Positions 9,204 through 20,216 of a DNA stretch of 64,000 nt are shown in pieces. The stretch lies in NCBI GenBank assembly GCA_017436225.1, contig JAFSDM010000042.1, positions 38,346-102,345 of the forward strand, in the 5' to 3' direction. Numbering within the stretch: the first letter of the stretch is position 1; each line of letters begins with the position of its first letter. This DNA comes from Clostridia bacterium. Lineage in GTDB: Bacteria; Bacillota; Clostridia; Oscillospirales; Acutalibacteraceae. Below the pieces are notes generated by a model. That model had not been told where the DNA came from and searched no databases. It saw nothing but the letters and a program-made list of their open reading frames with translations. The position numbers and the translations under genes are program-made.

Positions 9204-9419
9204 ATGCAGTTTAAGAACTTACGAGGAATCAGAGAGGATAATGACATAAAACAAAAAGATATTGCGAATTATTTAAACATATCTCAAAACACATATTCAC
9301 AATATGAAACCGGTGTAATTTCCCTAACCGCAGAAGTTTTGATTAAGCTAGCAAATTATTATAATGTAAGTATTGATTATTTGCTTGACAGAACTAATAA
9401 TCCAAAATTGCTAAAATAA
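9204..9419 (+). CDS. XRE-family helix-turn-helix transcriptional regulator
   Basis: 71 aa from the ATG at 9204 (RBS GAGGTG). QKDIANYLNISQNTYSQYETG is a typical Cro/CI HTH, and the C-terminus has the ISIDYLLDRT motif. Confidence 0.85.
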   Translation: MQFKNLRGIREDNDIKQKDIANYLNISQNTYSQYETGVISLTAEVLIKLANYYNVSIDYLLDRTNNPKLLK

Positions 9420-9612
9420 TAATTTCCGCTTACGACACTTCCGGTAATATTTCGCAGAAAACCAACAGTGAGCTTTTTAAAAAAATTACTGCTTTTTAAA
9501 ATGAATATTTTCATTCTTGTAAATACTAAATTTTAAAATTGAAATCAACCTACTAAAGGGAGGCGCTCCGTTACGAAGTGCCTCCCTTATTACTTTAAAC
9601 TACGGGTTATAT

Positions 9613-11877
9613 TTAATTTTTAGGCTTTTTAATGCGATTAAGTTGCTTATTAAGCTTTAATAGTTCTTCTTTGGTGAAGCTGATATTCATCATTCCCATC
9701 ATAGACGAAAGTCTAAGCACTGTAAATCCGCCCATCATTTCCATAAGACCGCCATCGGCTGATTTAAGGTCTACATCAAAACCGCCCGATTTATTATCGG
9801 TGCCCTTCTTTTTGCCGGCATTCATCTTCTTTTTAAGCTTAAGACCCAAGCGAACAAACCAAAGCTTACCTCTGGGTGATTTCATAATATCGGCAATTTT
9901 ATCATTAAGCGAGAAACGTCCTTCGGGGGCATTAACATCAAACCAGTTAAGAACCGCTCCCTTTTCAACAAGAACATAATCCATATTGCGCTCTTCAACC
10001 TTGCGGATTAAACTTTCATCAGAAAGGTCACCCGCGCGCGCAACGATTTTGCTTTCGCCAACATTAGGAACTTCAAAATAGAAGAAATGATCCTCGGCGG
10101 TCTTTTTACCGATGCTTTCACCGTTTACAAAAAGCTCTACTTCAGGTTGGTTAGAGTAAACAGTAACCTTGGTTACATCTTCAACGCGGTCGATATATCT
10201 CTTAGAACAAACGTGAACGAATGGTTCATCAGAAAGCCAAGCTTTATAAGCATAGAAAGCGTCCTTTTTATACTTTCTATCCATTGTGATAAGACCCTTG
10301 TGATTTTGTCCGTTCTCGCCGCCCTCACTACGAGCATCGGCACCAAAATCAAACATATTCCAAACGTGAGTTGCCCAGATATATTTACGTGTGAAAAACT
10401 GTTTAATAAGCTCCTCATGATAATATGCCTGATACTCCTCGGTATAATCGCCCTGCTTAGGCTCGCTTGTGTGCCAATTAAGAGCCTCACAACCGTATTC
10501 AGAACAACCAATAGGAATATTGGGGTGGGTGGCGTGGAATTTATCAAACCAAGGTCCATTCATAGTGGTATCGCCACCATACCAGCCAAAGTAATGATTA
10601 TAAGAAACAAGGTCGGGGATTTGCAAATACGGGTCATCCATTTTGCACATTGATACAGCAGCAATGGTGGTTAAACGGGTTTTATCCATATCGTGAACCA
10701 AATCATTGAGAATTCTGTGATTTTCAAGTAAATCATCATCAGAACCGCCAATAGAAATCTCGTTAGAAAGACCCCATACCACAATAGACGGATGGTTATA
10801 ATTCTGAGTTATAAGCTCCTTCATTTGGGAAATGGTATTTTCACGACCACCGGGCATATGCTTTGAAATGTATGGAATTTCAGCCCAAATAACCAAGCCA
10901 CGCTCATCACAAAGATCATAGAAATATTGGTCATGTTGATAGTGTGCAAGGCGAATGGTGGTAGCGCCAACCTCACAAATAAGGTCAATATCCTCCTTAT
11001 GATGCTCAGGGGTAAGAGCATTACCTACGCCCCATCTATCCTGATGGCGAGATACGCCGCGAAGAGGATATTCTTCGCCGTTAAGGATAAAGCCGTTGTC
11101 GGGGTCAACCTTAAAGCTTCTGCAGCCAAAACGACTGCAAACGTTATCTAAAACCTCATCATTCTGCTTAATTTCAACCTCGCAGCAATAAAGATAAGGG
11201 TTTTTGCGACCGTGCCAAAGATTTACGTCCTTCATTTCGAAGGTTGCTTTAGTATCGGTGGTTTCTATTTTTTCTAACTCTTTTTCATCAGCGTCATAAA
11301 TTGTGTAAACAAGCTTCTGATCGGGCAAAAGATTTTCAACAAAAACCTCTACCTCTACCTTTGCGTCCTTACCCTCAACCTCAGGGGTAATCATAATGCC
11401 CTTGCCACCAAAATAATCAAGGTCGAAGTGGGAATTGCTTACACAAATAAGGTTTACATCACGGTATATACCGCCGTAAAATGTAAAGTCTGCCATTTGT
11501 GGGTAAACTGTATCACTAGGCGAGTTATCTACAATAACGGCAATCTCAGTTTCATCTGAAATAGCTTCGGTAATATTCACACGCCAAGTTGAATAACCGC
11601 CATCGTGATGGGCTAGTTTCTCCCCGCCTACATAAACATCAGCCGAGGAATTAGCACCACGAAACTCAATGTAATAAAGGTCTGCTTTCGGTAGGTCGGC
11701 TTTTTTGATGGTTTTTTTGTAAAGGCAGCTGCCGCGGAAATAATCGTTACCGCCATCCTGACCGTCTACCGCATTCCAAGAATGGGGAATATTTATGCTT
11801 TCCCCTTCGTTTAGCGAAATGTCTGTTGTATCTTTCACAAACAACCAATCGCTGTTAAGATTTAAAATATTTCTCAT
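9613..11877 (-). CDS. glycoside hydrolase family 2 (beta-galactosidase/beta-glucuronidase-like) with a C-terminal extension
   Basis: 754 aa. Has NIPHSWN, the WGLSNE acid/base region and CSEYG nucleophile-region motifs typical of GH2. Confidence 0.85.
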   Translation of the reverse strand: MRNILNLNSDWLFVKDTTDISLNEGESINIPHSWNAVDGQDGGNDYFRGSCLYKKTIKKADLPKADLYYIEFRGANSSADVYVGGEKLAHHDGGYSTWRVNITEAISDETEIAVIVDNSPSDTVYPQMADFTFYGGIYRDVNLICVSNSHFDLDYFGGKGIMITPEVEGKDAKVEVEVFVENLLPDQKLVYTIYDADEKELEKIETTDTKATFEMKDVNLWHGRKNPYLYCCEVEIKQNDEVLDNVCSRFGCRSFKVDPDNGFILNGEEYPLRGVSRHQDRWGVGNALTPEHHKEDIDLICEVGATTIRLAHYQHDQYFYDLCDERGLVIWAEIPYISKHMPGGRENTISQMKELITQNYNHPSIVVWGLSNEISIGGSDDDLLENHRILNDLVHDMDKTRLTTIAAVSMCKMDDPYLQIPDLVSYNHYFGWYGGDTTMNGPWFDKFHATHPNIPIGCSEYGCEALNWHTSEPKQGDYTEEYQAYYHEELIKQFFTRKYIWATHVWNMFDFGADARSEGGENGQNHKGLITMDRKYKKDAFYAYKAWLSDEPFVHVCSKRYIDRVEDVTKVTVYSNQPEVELFVNGESIGKKTAEDHFFYFEVPNVGESKIVARAGDLSDESLIRKVEERNMDYVLVEKGAVLNWFDVNAPEGRFSLNDKIADIMKSPRGKLWFVRLGLKLKKKMNAGKKKGTDNKSGGFDVDLKSADGGLMEMMGGFTVLRLSSMMGMMNISFTKEELLKLNKQLNRIKKPKN

Positions 11878-11914
11878 TTTAGGACTCCTTGATTAAATGT
11901 ATTGCTATATTTGT

Positions 11915-13318
11915 TTATTCTTCGCCGCGACCTAGATCGGCATTCATTTTCTCCAAGGTCTTTTTATCAAGATTATAAACAAGACCAAGGCCCACAAACT
12001 GTAAAATGGCGGAGAAAAGGAAGGTTGCAGCTACAATGTAACGCATATTAATTGCTACTTCCCAAAGCTGATTGCCTTCATTCGCGCCAACGTAACCAAA
12101 AGCAACCATAATAATAAGCACTAAAGAAGGACCAACGCCCTGTGCTAATTTACGGAAGAAGGAATGAAGTGAGTAAACTGTACCTTCCTCACGCACGCCG
12201 AATTTCCACTCGTTATAGTCAATAGCATCACCCATCATAGCCCAAGAAACAGTGGAGTAAATACCAAGACCAAGTGAGAAGAATAACTGACAAACAATGT
12301 ATATGATAAGGTCAAGTTGAGTGTTATCAGGGGTAATTACAAAAAGTCCCAAGCCTGCAACAATAGAAACAATAGAGCCAAAGGTTGCGAGTTCCTTTTT
12401 ACCAAACTTTGCAACCATATTTCTTGCAAGAGGGGTGAAAACCACGATAGGAATCATAGCAAAGAGCTGAACAATACCCGAAATTTGTACGTTTTTAAAA
12501 TAAGATTGGAATATAACAGTAACGGCGGTGGTAGCGCCCTGCATACCAATAAACATACCCATAGCGGCAATAGTAGCACCTACTGCAGGGCGATTTTTCA
12601 TAAAGTTACCAAAAGCCTTTAATACATTGAATTTAGGCATTTCTTCGCCTATAGCAGCATCGGTATTAACACGGATTTCGGTATTTCTAATCATAAACTG
12701 GAAGCAGATAAAGCCTAAAACACCCATAATAAGCGCCGCAATAAATACACGCTCACCAATAAGGTTGTTATCTTTATCATAAATAATAAACGGGAGAATT
12801 ACCATTGGAAGCATATTTCCAAAGATTGAACCTACCGAACGCCAAGCGGAAAGAGAAGCTCTATCCTTAACATCGTTAGAAATGAGCGAAAGAAGCGAAC
12901 CGTAAGGAACATTAGCAACGGTATAAAAAGCATCCCAAACAACGTAGCCTGCAATAAAGATTATAAACTTTGCCCAAGTGGGAGCATTGGGGAAGGGTAA
13001 GAAGCAGCAAGCGCCGCCAACAATAAGGCCAATCGAACCTGCCCAAATGTATGTTAAGAATTTATTGCGCTTGTATGTACGTTTATCCGAGTCGATAATA
13101 GAGCCAATAAGCGGGTCGTTAATAGCATCCCATACCTGAACTATGATAAGCAATAAAGCGTACCATAAGTCCATACCCATAAACTGTGTCCAGAAGATTG
13201 ACATTGTGCCCTTAAGCGCAAAGCTCATATTGCAGCCTAAGTCACCTGCGGCATACGCTATACTGTCGCGTATACCGAATTTGCGATGCCCTGAAGAATC
13301 TAGTTGCTGATTTTTCAT
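11915..13318 (-). CDS. glycoside-pentoside-hexuronide (GPH):cation symporter, MFS
   Basis: 467 aa, about 12 TM segments. The DAINDPLIGSIIDS motif is typical of the MelB/UidB/YicJ family. Lies just upstream of the GH2 gene in transcription order. Confidence 0.85.
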   Translation of the reverse strand: MKNQQLDSSGHRKFGIRDSIAYAAGDLGCNMSFALKGTMSIFWTQFMGMDLWYALLLIIVQVWDAINDPLIGSIIDSDKRTYKRNKFLTYIWAGSIGLIVGGACCFLPFPNAPTWAKFIIFIAGYVVWDAFYTVANVPYGSLLSLISNDVKDRASLSAWRSVGSIFGNMLPMVILPFIIYDKDNNLIGERVFIAALIMGVLGFICFQFMIRNTEIRVNTDAAIGEEMPKFNVLKAFGNFMKNRPAVGATIAAMGMFIGMQGATTAVTVIFQSYFKNVQISGIVQLFAMIPIVVFTPLARNMVAKFGKKELATFGSIVSIVAGLGLFVITPDNTQLDLIIYIVCQLFFSLGLGIYSTVSWAMMGDAIDYNEWKFGVREEGTVYSLHSFFRKLAQGVGPSLVLIIMVAFGYVGANEGNQLWEVAINMRYIVAATFLFSAILQFVGLGLVYNLDKKTLEKMNADLGRGEE

Positions 13319-13476
13319 AATATCTCTCCTTAAAAATTTTTATAAGTATGCCTCAATAAATATAACATATCCAACAAAAAAACGCAACATCTATAATATA
13401 AAATGTTCATTATTGTCAAAAATTACATATAAAAACGGAGGTGCTTTATAAAAGAACCTCCGTTACCATAATTAAA

Positions 13477-14262
13477 TTATATCATTTTAGATATTTCGGA
13501 TTTATAAACGGTATCTCCGCCGTATTTCATAACAAAATCAATATATCTTTTAGCTTGTTCGGCGTTACCTTTTTGCAAATAAACCTTTGCGAGGTTGTAG
13601 CTTGTATTAACCTGCCCAATATTGCTTTTTGCCTTTTCCATCATCATTAAAAGAATTTGTTCAGCACCTTCAAGATTACCTTTTTCTATTTGAATTAAAA
13701 TCTTTTTCATTGTATAAAGGTCAAACAAAAGATTTTTTTCTTTTGCAAGATTTTTAATCTTTGGGTCATCTATGCATTGTTTCATATCTAAAAGCACCCT
13801 TTCGGCACTTTCTAAATCACCTAGCCGAATATAAGCATAAGCAAAATTGTTTAAATACACGCCCCTATTGTATACGCCCATTGCTCCCTTACCAAAAAAC
13901 TTAGGGTTTATTGCCTGCAACAAATTCAGTGCCTCTGCCGATCTGCCTGAATCTAAAAGGGCAGCAATCAAATTCATATTTACCGTATAAAGCGTTTTGG
14001 CGTTTTTACAATTAATTCTAAGCTTTTCTAGCTCCGAACGATACTCTGCTATATTACAATTAACTTCGCGAATTTTATTAAGAGCATTGAAGCGTTTAAT
14101 GGCAATAATTTCAACTGCTATAGCAATAATAAACGGTATTATCAAAGCCCAAACAATCGGTCCCACTTTTTCTTCCCATCCACCATACGCGGCAAGGGGT
14201 ATAACCACCGAAAGTGCGATTGCATAATACGCAATCTTTAAATCTTTATATAACTGAAACAT
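13477..14262 (-). CDS. membrane-anchored TPR-like repeat protein, function unknown
   Basis: 261 aa. Two N-terminal TM segments, then helical repeats (AEALNLL, LGDLESAERVL, GNAEQAKRYI). Confidence 0.55.
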   Translation of the reverse strand: MFQLYKDLKIAYYAIALSVVIPLAAYGGWEEKVGPIVWALIIPFIIAIAVEIIAIKRFNALNKIREVNCNIAEYRSELEKLRINCKNAKTLYTVNMNLIAALLDSGRSAEALNLLQAINPKFFGKGAMGVYNRGVYLNNFAYAYIRLGDLESAERVLLDMKQCIDDPKIKNLAKEKNLLFDLYTMKKILIQIEKGNLEGAEQILLMMMEKAKSNIGQVNTSYNLAKVYLQKGNAEQAKRYIDFVMKYGGDTVYKSEISKMI

Positions 14263-14265
14263 AAA

Positions 14266-15918
14266 TCACTGCCCCTTTTCACAAAGAGTTTTTGCATATT
14301 CTAAAGCTTCATCAATATGAGCTTTGAAGTTTTCTTCGCCCAGTTTTTCTACAAAGCCTGCCTTTTTAAAGGACTGCATAGGTTGCTCGTTAAGGTGGGA
14401 GAAGATAACGGTTATACCCTTTGCCATGCATTTATCGCAAAGCTCCTCTAAAGCATTTAGGGCGGTTGCATCAACCGAGGGAACACTGCGCATACGAATT
14501 ATAAGGCATTTTGTGTATTCCTTTGTTGTGATGTTAGCAACTCGGTCGGTCATACCAAAGAAAAGCGGTCCGCTTATTTCAAAAACACGTACTTCTTTTG
14601 GTACGTCGGCAAGTTTGTAAGAGTCGTCCTCATCTTGCTCGTACTTCCAGCTATAAACGTTGGTTTCTTCGCTCATACGCTTCATAAACAAAATGCAAGC
14701 AAACACAATACCAACGCCGATAGCCACTACCAAATCAAACACAACAGTCAAGGTGAAGGTTAAGGCTAATACTAAAATGTCACTCTTGGGAGCTGTTTTT
14801 ACAAGGCGAACTATTGGCTTCCACTGACTCATATTATAGGCTACCTGAAACAAGATAGCTGCGATTGTTGGCATTGGGATTAGTGCGGCATAAGGCATTA
14901 AAAATACCAAAATTAAAAGCAATACTATAGCGTGAACAACACCTGAAATTGGGGTTTTACCGCCGTTATTTATGTTGGCGGCAGTACGGGCAATGGCGCC
15001 TGTTGCGGGGATACCGCCAAAAAGCGCAGAGCCCACATTACCAATACCCTGAGCTATAAGCTCCATATTAGAGCGGTGCTTAGAGCCTGTCATACCATCT
15101 GCCACAACACAGGAAAGAAGCGATTCAATAGCGGCTAAAATTGCTATTGTAAAGGCATCGGGCAATACTTTTCTTAACAGAGTTAAATCCATTTTAGGAA
15201 GATTTAAGCTTGGGAGCTTACTGCTAAGCTCGCCAAAGGTGCTTTTTATGGTTTGAACTCCTGCACTTTCAGGAAGGAGCATTACCATAACTGCGCCAAC
15301 TATAACCGCAATAAGTGATGCGGGGATTTTTTTGCTGAGCTTTGGCCATAAAATAAGTATTAAAAGGCTAACCACCCCAACAAGCACTGCCCACCAGTTT
15401 AAGGTGGATATGTTTTCAAAAAATACTGCGATTTTTTCAGGTGCTTCTATAGGAGATTTACCGCCAAAGTTTACACCAAAAAAGTCTTTAAGCTGACCTA
15501 TTAAAATTGTAACGGCAATACCTGCCGTAAATCCTGTTGTAATTGTGTAGGGAATAAATTTAATAAGACTGCCTAGTTTGAAAATTCCCATTAAAACAAG
15601 TAGTAGACCCGCAACAATGGTGGCAAGTGCCAAACCTTCCATTCCGTTTGCGGCTACAACGCCCGCAACAATGGTGGCAAATGCGGCGGTAGGACCTGCG
15701 ATTTGCACCTTGCTTCCGCCAAAGATGGAAATTAGGGCGCCCGCAATAATGGCGGTGTAAAGACCTTCTTCAGGACCAACGCCCGAAGCAATAGCAAGTG
15801 CAATGGAAAGCGGCAAAGCGATAATTGCAACTATAATACCTGCTACAATGTCCTTTACAAGCTTACTGCCGTTATAACCCTTAAGGGTGGTAAAAAGCAT
15901 TGGGGTAAATTCTTTCAT
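14266..15918 (-). CDS. SulP-family inorganic anion transporter with C-terminal STAS domain
   Basis: 550 aa. N-terminus and STAS-like C-terminus (RVFEISGPLFFG) are typical of SulP. Confidence 0.9.
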   Translation of the reverse strand: MKEFTPMLFTTLKGYNGSKLVKDIVAGIIVAIIALPLSIALAIASGVGPEEGLYTAIIAGALISIFGGSKVQIAGPTAAFATIVAGVVAANGMEGLALATIVAGLLLVLMGIFKLGSLIKFIPYTITTGFTAGIAVTILIGQLKDFFGVNFGGKSPIEAPEKIAVFFENISTLNWWAVLVGVVSLLILILWPKLSKKIPASLIAVIVGAVMVMLLPESAGVQTIKSTFGELSSKLPSLNLPKMDLTLLRKVLPDAFTIAILAAIESLLSCVVADGMTGSKHRSNMELIAQGIGNVGSALFGGIPATGAIARTAANINNGGKTPISGVVHAIVLLLILVFLMPYAALIPMPTIAAILFQVAYNMSQWKPIVRLVKTAPKSDILVLALTFTLTVVFDLVVAIGVGIVFACILFMKRMSEETNVYSWKYEQDEDDSYKLADVPKEVRVFEISGPLFFGMTDRVANITTKEYTKCLIIRMRSVPSVDATALNALEELCDKCMAKGITVIFSHLNEQPMQSFKKAGFVEKLGEENFKAHIDEALEYAKTLCEKGQ

Positions 15919-15945
15919 AATTACTGCTCCTTGTTTATGTAATAT

Positions 15946-16230
15946 TTAACGCTTAACCCATTGTTCTTTTTTTGAATCAAATTTCCAACCAGCTTTTTCA
16001 AGTTCTGTAAATACAATAAAATCAAACAAAAATTGCTCTAAGATCAAATCTTTTCCTTTATTTGATTTAGCGTTTGCAACTGAAATATAAGCTTCAATTA
16101 AACCATGTTTTTTAATTAATTTCATTGCATCATGCTGAACTAAATCATATAAAGCAAGCTTGTTTTCCGCAGAAGTGTTAACTTCCTCCTCGTTAAATTC
16201 TATTTCTTTTCCCAAATCCATTTTTGACAT
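15946..16230 (-). CDS. hypothetical small protein
   Basis: 94-aa ORF in an operon-like position. No recognisable motif. Confidence 0.45.
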   Translation of the reverse strand: MSKMDLGKEIEFNEEEVNTSAENKLALYDLVQHDAMKLIKKHGLIEAYISVANAKSNKGKDLILEQFLFDFIVFTELEKAGWKFDSKKEQWVKR

Positions 16231-16254
16231 TTTTGTGAACTCCTGTTTGTTTTT

Positions 16255-18189
16255 TTAATATGTTATTTTTAAAATAACGGGCGTGATAATATGAGCGGGT
16301 TTATTAAGCACATATTCGCCGTTTTCTGACTTATATTCAACGGGGGTAAACTCGCCGTTTAAATCTAATTCTAAAATATTAGATGGAGTTTTTTGCAGGC
16401 AGAGTCTGATATTATCTACGGGGTCCATACTTACGTTAAAGAGAGCGCAGAAAAGGCTACCGTCTTCCATATCTGCGGCTTTAAGGTAAATTTCATCATC
16501 ATCGGGGGTGTAAACGGGTAAATCACCGTATTCCTTTAAAAGAGAGATAAACTGATCTTTACGAGTAGCATTAAGGAAGCCAAAAGCAGTTGTGTAATGG
16601 AATTCGGTTTTAGCATCGCCCGCAAATACAATAGCTGTACCGCCAAGGCTGTTTTTATAAGCGGTGCTTGCGGGGGGCATATCATCTCTATCCTGACCGT
16701 TAGATACAACAAAGCATCTGGTTAATACCCTTACGCCATCAGAGATAGGCTTAATCTCACGCGAATTTGTTTGCCTATTAACAAATCTTTTTTCATTATC
16801 TGCAAAAAATTCTCTGCTAACAAAGTATTTGGGAGTTTCAAAAACTTCTACACCTAATTCTTTAGCAAAGCCGCGCTCACAAAGTTTTAGGGCAGCTCCA
16901 CCATCAAGCACAAGGGTGCCCTTAAGCATAGCTTTAATTTTTTCATCATCAAACAAATCGGTCATTGAGCCATCTAAAAATGTAACTGCGCAGTCATCGG
17001 AAGAAAAATACATTGGAATACCAAGTCTTTCTAACACGCAGGTGCCCCAACCGCTTACCGAGTTTGATTCTTCAAAGCAATAGTCGGGTTTGCTTGAAAG
17101 CGGTATACCTGCGCCGCGCCATTTAAGAGTAGGAACGAGGGTTGACAGGGCTTCATACCATTTATTATACTTACCAAGCACTTCGCGATATTTTTTACCG
17201 CTCTGTGGCTCAAAAGTGGTAAGTCTTGTTATCCAGTGCTTTGCGCCCGAAACGCCTTCTAAAATTGTTCCAACAAAGTGAGAGTGAAGTGACATTGCGC
17301 CGGTGCTATAACGGTTTTGTGGGCAGGTGTCGGTTTCGGCTAGGAAGCTATCAACCTTACCTTGACCCTTAAGCACTGCCATTTGAACTGCGGCGCGCAT
17401 AAAGATATTTGAAAATCTTTTAGTGCCTTCGGGGTGATAGTTGCCGTTATTTATACGGAGAATAACGGGGTTCCCTTTGCCTGCCATTGTTGTAGCAATT
17501 TCGGTAGCCGCTTCACAGCATGGACCGACGCAAGAAAATGAACCGGGGATTTCGGGATTAACCGAATCAATGCCCTCACGCATATATTTAACACACTCTC
17601 TTAATGACTCAAGCTGAGTTTCAACAAAGGCATCACGGTATTTTTCATCTTCCTTGGTTTTGCCAAAAACGTGAGCCGCAATTTCTTCCCTTGTTTTTCT
17701 AACGCCTGTTTTTCTTTCAAAAGCATCTAAATGCATACCACAAGCACAGCCCTTACCCTCACGGATAATAAGGCGGAAGTCATCATCAAGCATAATATGG
17801 TCGGGATTATATGATGCTAAAACGCTAAAGGCGTGGCGGATATATTTTCTAAAGCCTTCATCATAAGGGCACACAACATGGGCCTCTTCGCCGTCTGTAA
17901 GATTTACAACTCTATTAAAGGATGACGGTTTTGCGAGTGGATAGCCGTGACCAATGGTACACTGCGCTAAAATACCGCTTTTAAGACCCATAGCATCTAA
18001 ACGTTCTTTAAATTTGGCGTAATTTTCACACTGTCTTTCTGCCTTGGGAATAACTGGGTCGCCTTCGGGCACAAGTTGCATTATAAAAAGCGCCATAGAA
18101 GCGGTGCCGTTTTCGTATTGCTCTTTAACGTCCTGACAAATTTCTTCAATATGCTCCAAATCAAGCGGCATAATTGAAAAGTTAAACAT
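16255..18189 (-). CDS. hypothetical 644-aa cytoplasmic protein (possibly carbohydrate-related; unassigned)
   Basis: Start moved to the ATG at 18189 (MFNFSIMPLD...), which has a GGAGAG RBS. The longer track ORF would overlap the uvrB 3' end. Confidence 0.6.
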   Translation of the reverse strand: MFNFSIMPLDLEHIEEICQDVKEQYENGTASMALFIMQLVPEGDPVIPKAERQCENYAKFKERLDAMGLKSGILAQCTIGHGYPLAKPSSFNRVVNLTDGEEAHVVCPYDEGFRKYIRHAFSVLASYNPDHIMLDDDFRLIIREGKGCACGMHLDAFERKTGVRKTREEIAAHVFGKTKEDEKYRDAFVETQLESLRECVKYMREGIDSVNPEIPGSFSCVGPCCEAATEIATTMAGKGNPVILRINNGNYHPEGTKRFSNIFMRAAVQMAVLKGQGKVDSFLAETDTCPQNRYSTGAMSLHSHFVGTILEGVSGAKHWITRLTTFEPQSGKKYREVLGKYNKWYEALSTLVPTLKWRGAGIPLSSKPDYCFEESNSVSGWGTCVLERLGIPMYFSSDDCAVTFLDGSMTDLFDDEKIKAMLKGTLVLDGGAALKLCERGFAKELGVEVFETPKYFVSREFFADNEKRFVNRQTNSREIKPISDGVRVLTRCFVVSNGQDRDDMPPASTAYKNSLGGTAIVFAGDAKTEFHYTTAFGFLNATRKDQFISLLKEYGDLPVYTPDDDEIYLKAADMEDGSLFCALFNVSMDPVDNIRLCLQKTPSNILELDLNGEFTPVEYKSENGEYVLNKPAHIITPVILKITY

Positions 18190-18202
18190 AATAACTCTCC
18201 TA

Positions 18203-20167
18203 TTATTTAATTTTTTTAAGATTTGCAATTTTATCTCTAAGCTCGGCGGCGTACTCAAATTCAAGCAGTTTTGCCGCCTGCTTCATTTCTTCGGTCATTT
18301 TCTTTATAAGCTCATCACGCTCTGCCTTTGACATACGCTTAGCATCGGCGGTTTTAACCTTTTTGGAGCCGCCCATTTCAATAACATCACGAACGCCCTT
18401 AATAACCGTTTTAGGCACGATGCCGTTTTTTTCGTTATACTCGGTTTGGATTGCTCGGCGGCGCTCGGTTTCTGTTATTGCGCGCTCCATAGACGGCGTT
18501 ACCGTATCGGCGTACATTATAACGGTACCATCAGCATTACGAGCCGCTCGGCCAATGGTTTGAATAAGGGATGTTTCGCTTCTGAGGAAGCCCTCTTTAT
18601 CGGCATCAAGTATTGCAACGAGCGATACTTCCGGCAAATCAAGACCTTCACGAAGCAGATTTATCCCCACCAGAACATCAAACACACCCAGCCTTAAATC
18701 GCGGATAATTTGCATACGCTCCATTGTATCAACATCGTGGTGCATATACCTAACCTTTATATCCACGTTTTCCAAAAACTCGGTTAAATCCTCTGCCATT
18801 TTTTTGGTAAGGGTGGTAACAAGTACCCTTTCGCCCTTTTCGGTACGAGTGTTTATTTCGCTTACCAAATCATCTATCTGACCCGTGGTAGGCTTAACGA
18901 TTATTTTGGGGTCAACCAGTCCCGTTGGGCGAATAACCTGCTCTACAACTGCGGCAGAGTTTTCTTTTTCAAACTCACCCGGTGTTGCCGAAACGTAAAT
19001 TGCCTGATTTATTTTACCGTAAAATTCGTTAAAATTAAGCGGTCTGTTATCAAATGCAGACGGAAGTCTAAATCCGTAATCTACCAAATTTTCTTTTCTT
19101 GCTCTGTCACCGCCGTACATACCACGTATTTGCGGAAGCATTACGTGCGATTCATCTACAAGGAGTAAAAAATCCTTTGGGAAATAGTCCAGCAGAGTGA
19201 AGGGTACACTACCTTCAGGACGGCGCGAGAGTACCCTTGAATAGTTTTCAACGCCCTTGCAGGTGCCGATTTCTCTGAGCATTTCAATATCGTATTCGGT
19301 GCGCTGCCTTATTCTCTGCGCCTCAATAAGCTTGCCTTGATCGGTGAAATATTTAACCCGCTGCTCCATTTCTTCATAAATTTCGGTCAAAGCTTCTTCC
19401 ATTTTTTCAGGAGAAACAATATAGTGGGTTGCGGGGTAAATTGCTATATGAACAAGATTTTCCTTAACCTCGCCCGTTAGCACGTTTATGGAAGTAATTC
19501 TATCTATCTCATCGCCAAAAAATTCTACTCTTATAGCATTTTCGCCCGAATAAGCGGGGAAAATTTCTACCGTATCACCACGAACACGGAATTTATTACG
19601 AACGAAGTTTAAATCGTTACGCTCATACTGCAAATCTACAAGCTTATGAATAAGCTCATCGCGGTTTTTCTCCATACCCAAGCGGAGCGAGATTATCATA
19701 TTGCGGTAATCTATGGGGTTACCGAGGGAATAAATGCCCGAAACCGAAGCCACGATTATAACGTCACTTCTCTCCGAAAGCGAACAGGTTGCCGAGTGGC
19801 GAAGCTTATCTATTTCATCATTTATCGCCGAATCCTTTTCAATGTAGGTATCGGTACCGGGAATGTAGGCTTCGGGCTGATAGTAATCGTAGTAGGAAAC
19901 AAAATACTCAACCGCGTTTTCGGGGAAAAACTCCTTAAACTCGGTGCAAAGCTGTGCGGCTAGGGTTTTATTATGAGCAAGAACAAGGGTAGGCTTATTT
20001 ACCTTTTCAATAATATTCGCCATTGTAAAGGTTTTACCCGAACCGGTAACACCCTTTAGGGTCTGCTCCCTTTTGCCGCTTTTAATTCCGTTTACCAAAG
20101 CTTCAATGGCTTCGGGTTGGTCGCCTGTAGGACTATAATCAGAATGTAAAATAAACCTATCCGGCAC
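18203..20167 (-). CDS. uvrB: excinuclease ABC subunit B
   Basis: 654 aa. Has GDQPEAI, Walker A GVTGSGKT, helicase motifs and the C-terminal UVR domain ([12 protein letters not shown]). Confidence 0.97.
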   Translation of the reverse strand: MPDRFILHSDYSPTGDQPEAIEALVNGIKSGKREQTLKGVTGSGKTFTMANIIEKVNKPTLVLAHNKTLAAQLCTEFKEFFPENAVEYFVSYYDYYQPEAYIPGTDTYIEKDSAINDEIDKLRHSATCSLSERSDVIIVASVSGIYSLGNPIDYRNMIISLRLGMEKNRDELIHKLVDLQYERNDLNFVRNKFRVRGDTVEIFPAYSGENAIRVEFFGDEIDRITSINVLTGEVKENLVHIAIYPATHYIVSPEKMEEALTEIYEEMEQRVKYFTDQGKLIEAQRIRQRTEYDIEMLREIGTCKGVENYSRVLSRRPEGSVPFTLLDYFPKDFLLLVDESHVMLPQIRGMYGGDRARKENLVDYGFRLPSAFDNRPLNFNEFYGKINQAIYVSATPGEFEKENSAAVVEQVIRPTGLVDPKIIVKPTTGQIDDLVSEINTRTEKGERVLVTTLTKKMAEDLTEFLENVDIKVRYMHHDVDTMERMQIIRDLRLGVFDVLVGINLLREGLDLPEVSLVAILDADKEGFLRSETSLIQTIGRAARNADGTVIMYADTVTPSMERAITETERRRAIQTEYNEKNGIVPKTVIKGVRDVIEMGGSKKVKTADAKRMSKAERDELIKKMTEEMKQAAKLLEFEYAAELRDKIANLKKIK

Positions 20168-20216
20168 TTATCTCACTCCTTTTTTACTTAATATATTCTT
20201 GATAGGTAAACAACTA

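Noticed and set aside
20168-20216. LexA (Cheo-box, GAAC-N4-GTTC) sites upstream of uvrB, and likewise upstream of uvrA (32265-32400).
   Set aside because: No GAAC-N4-GTTC-like motif is visible in either upstream region, so no SOS operator is called.
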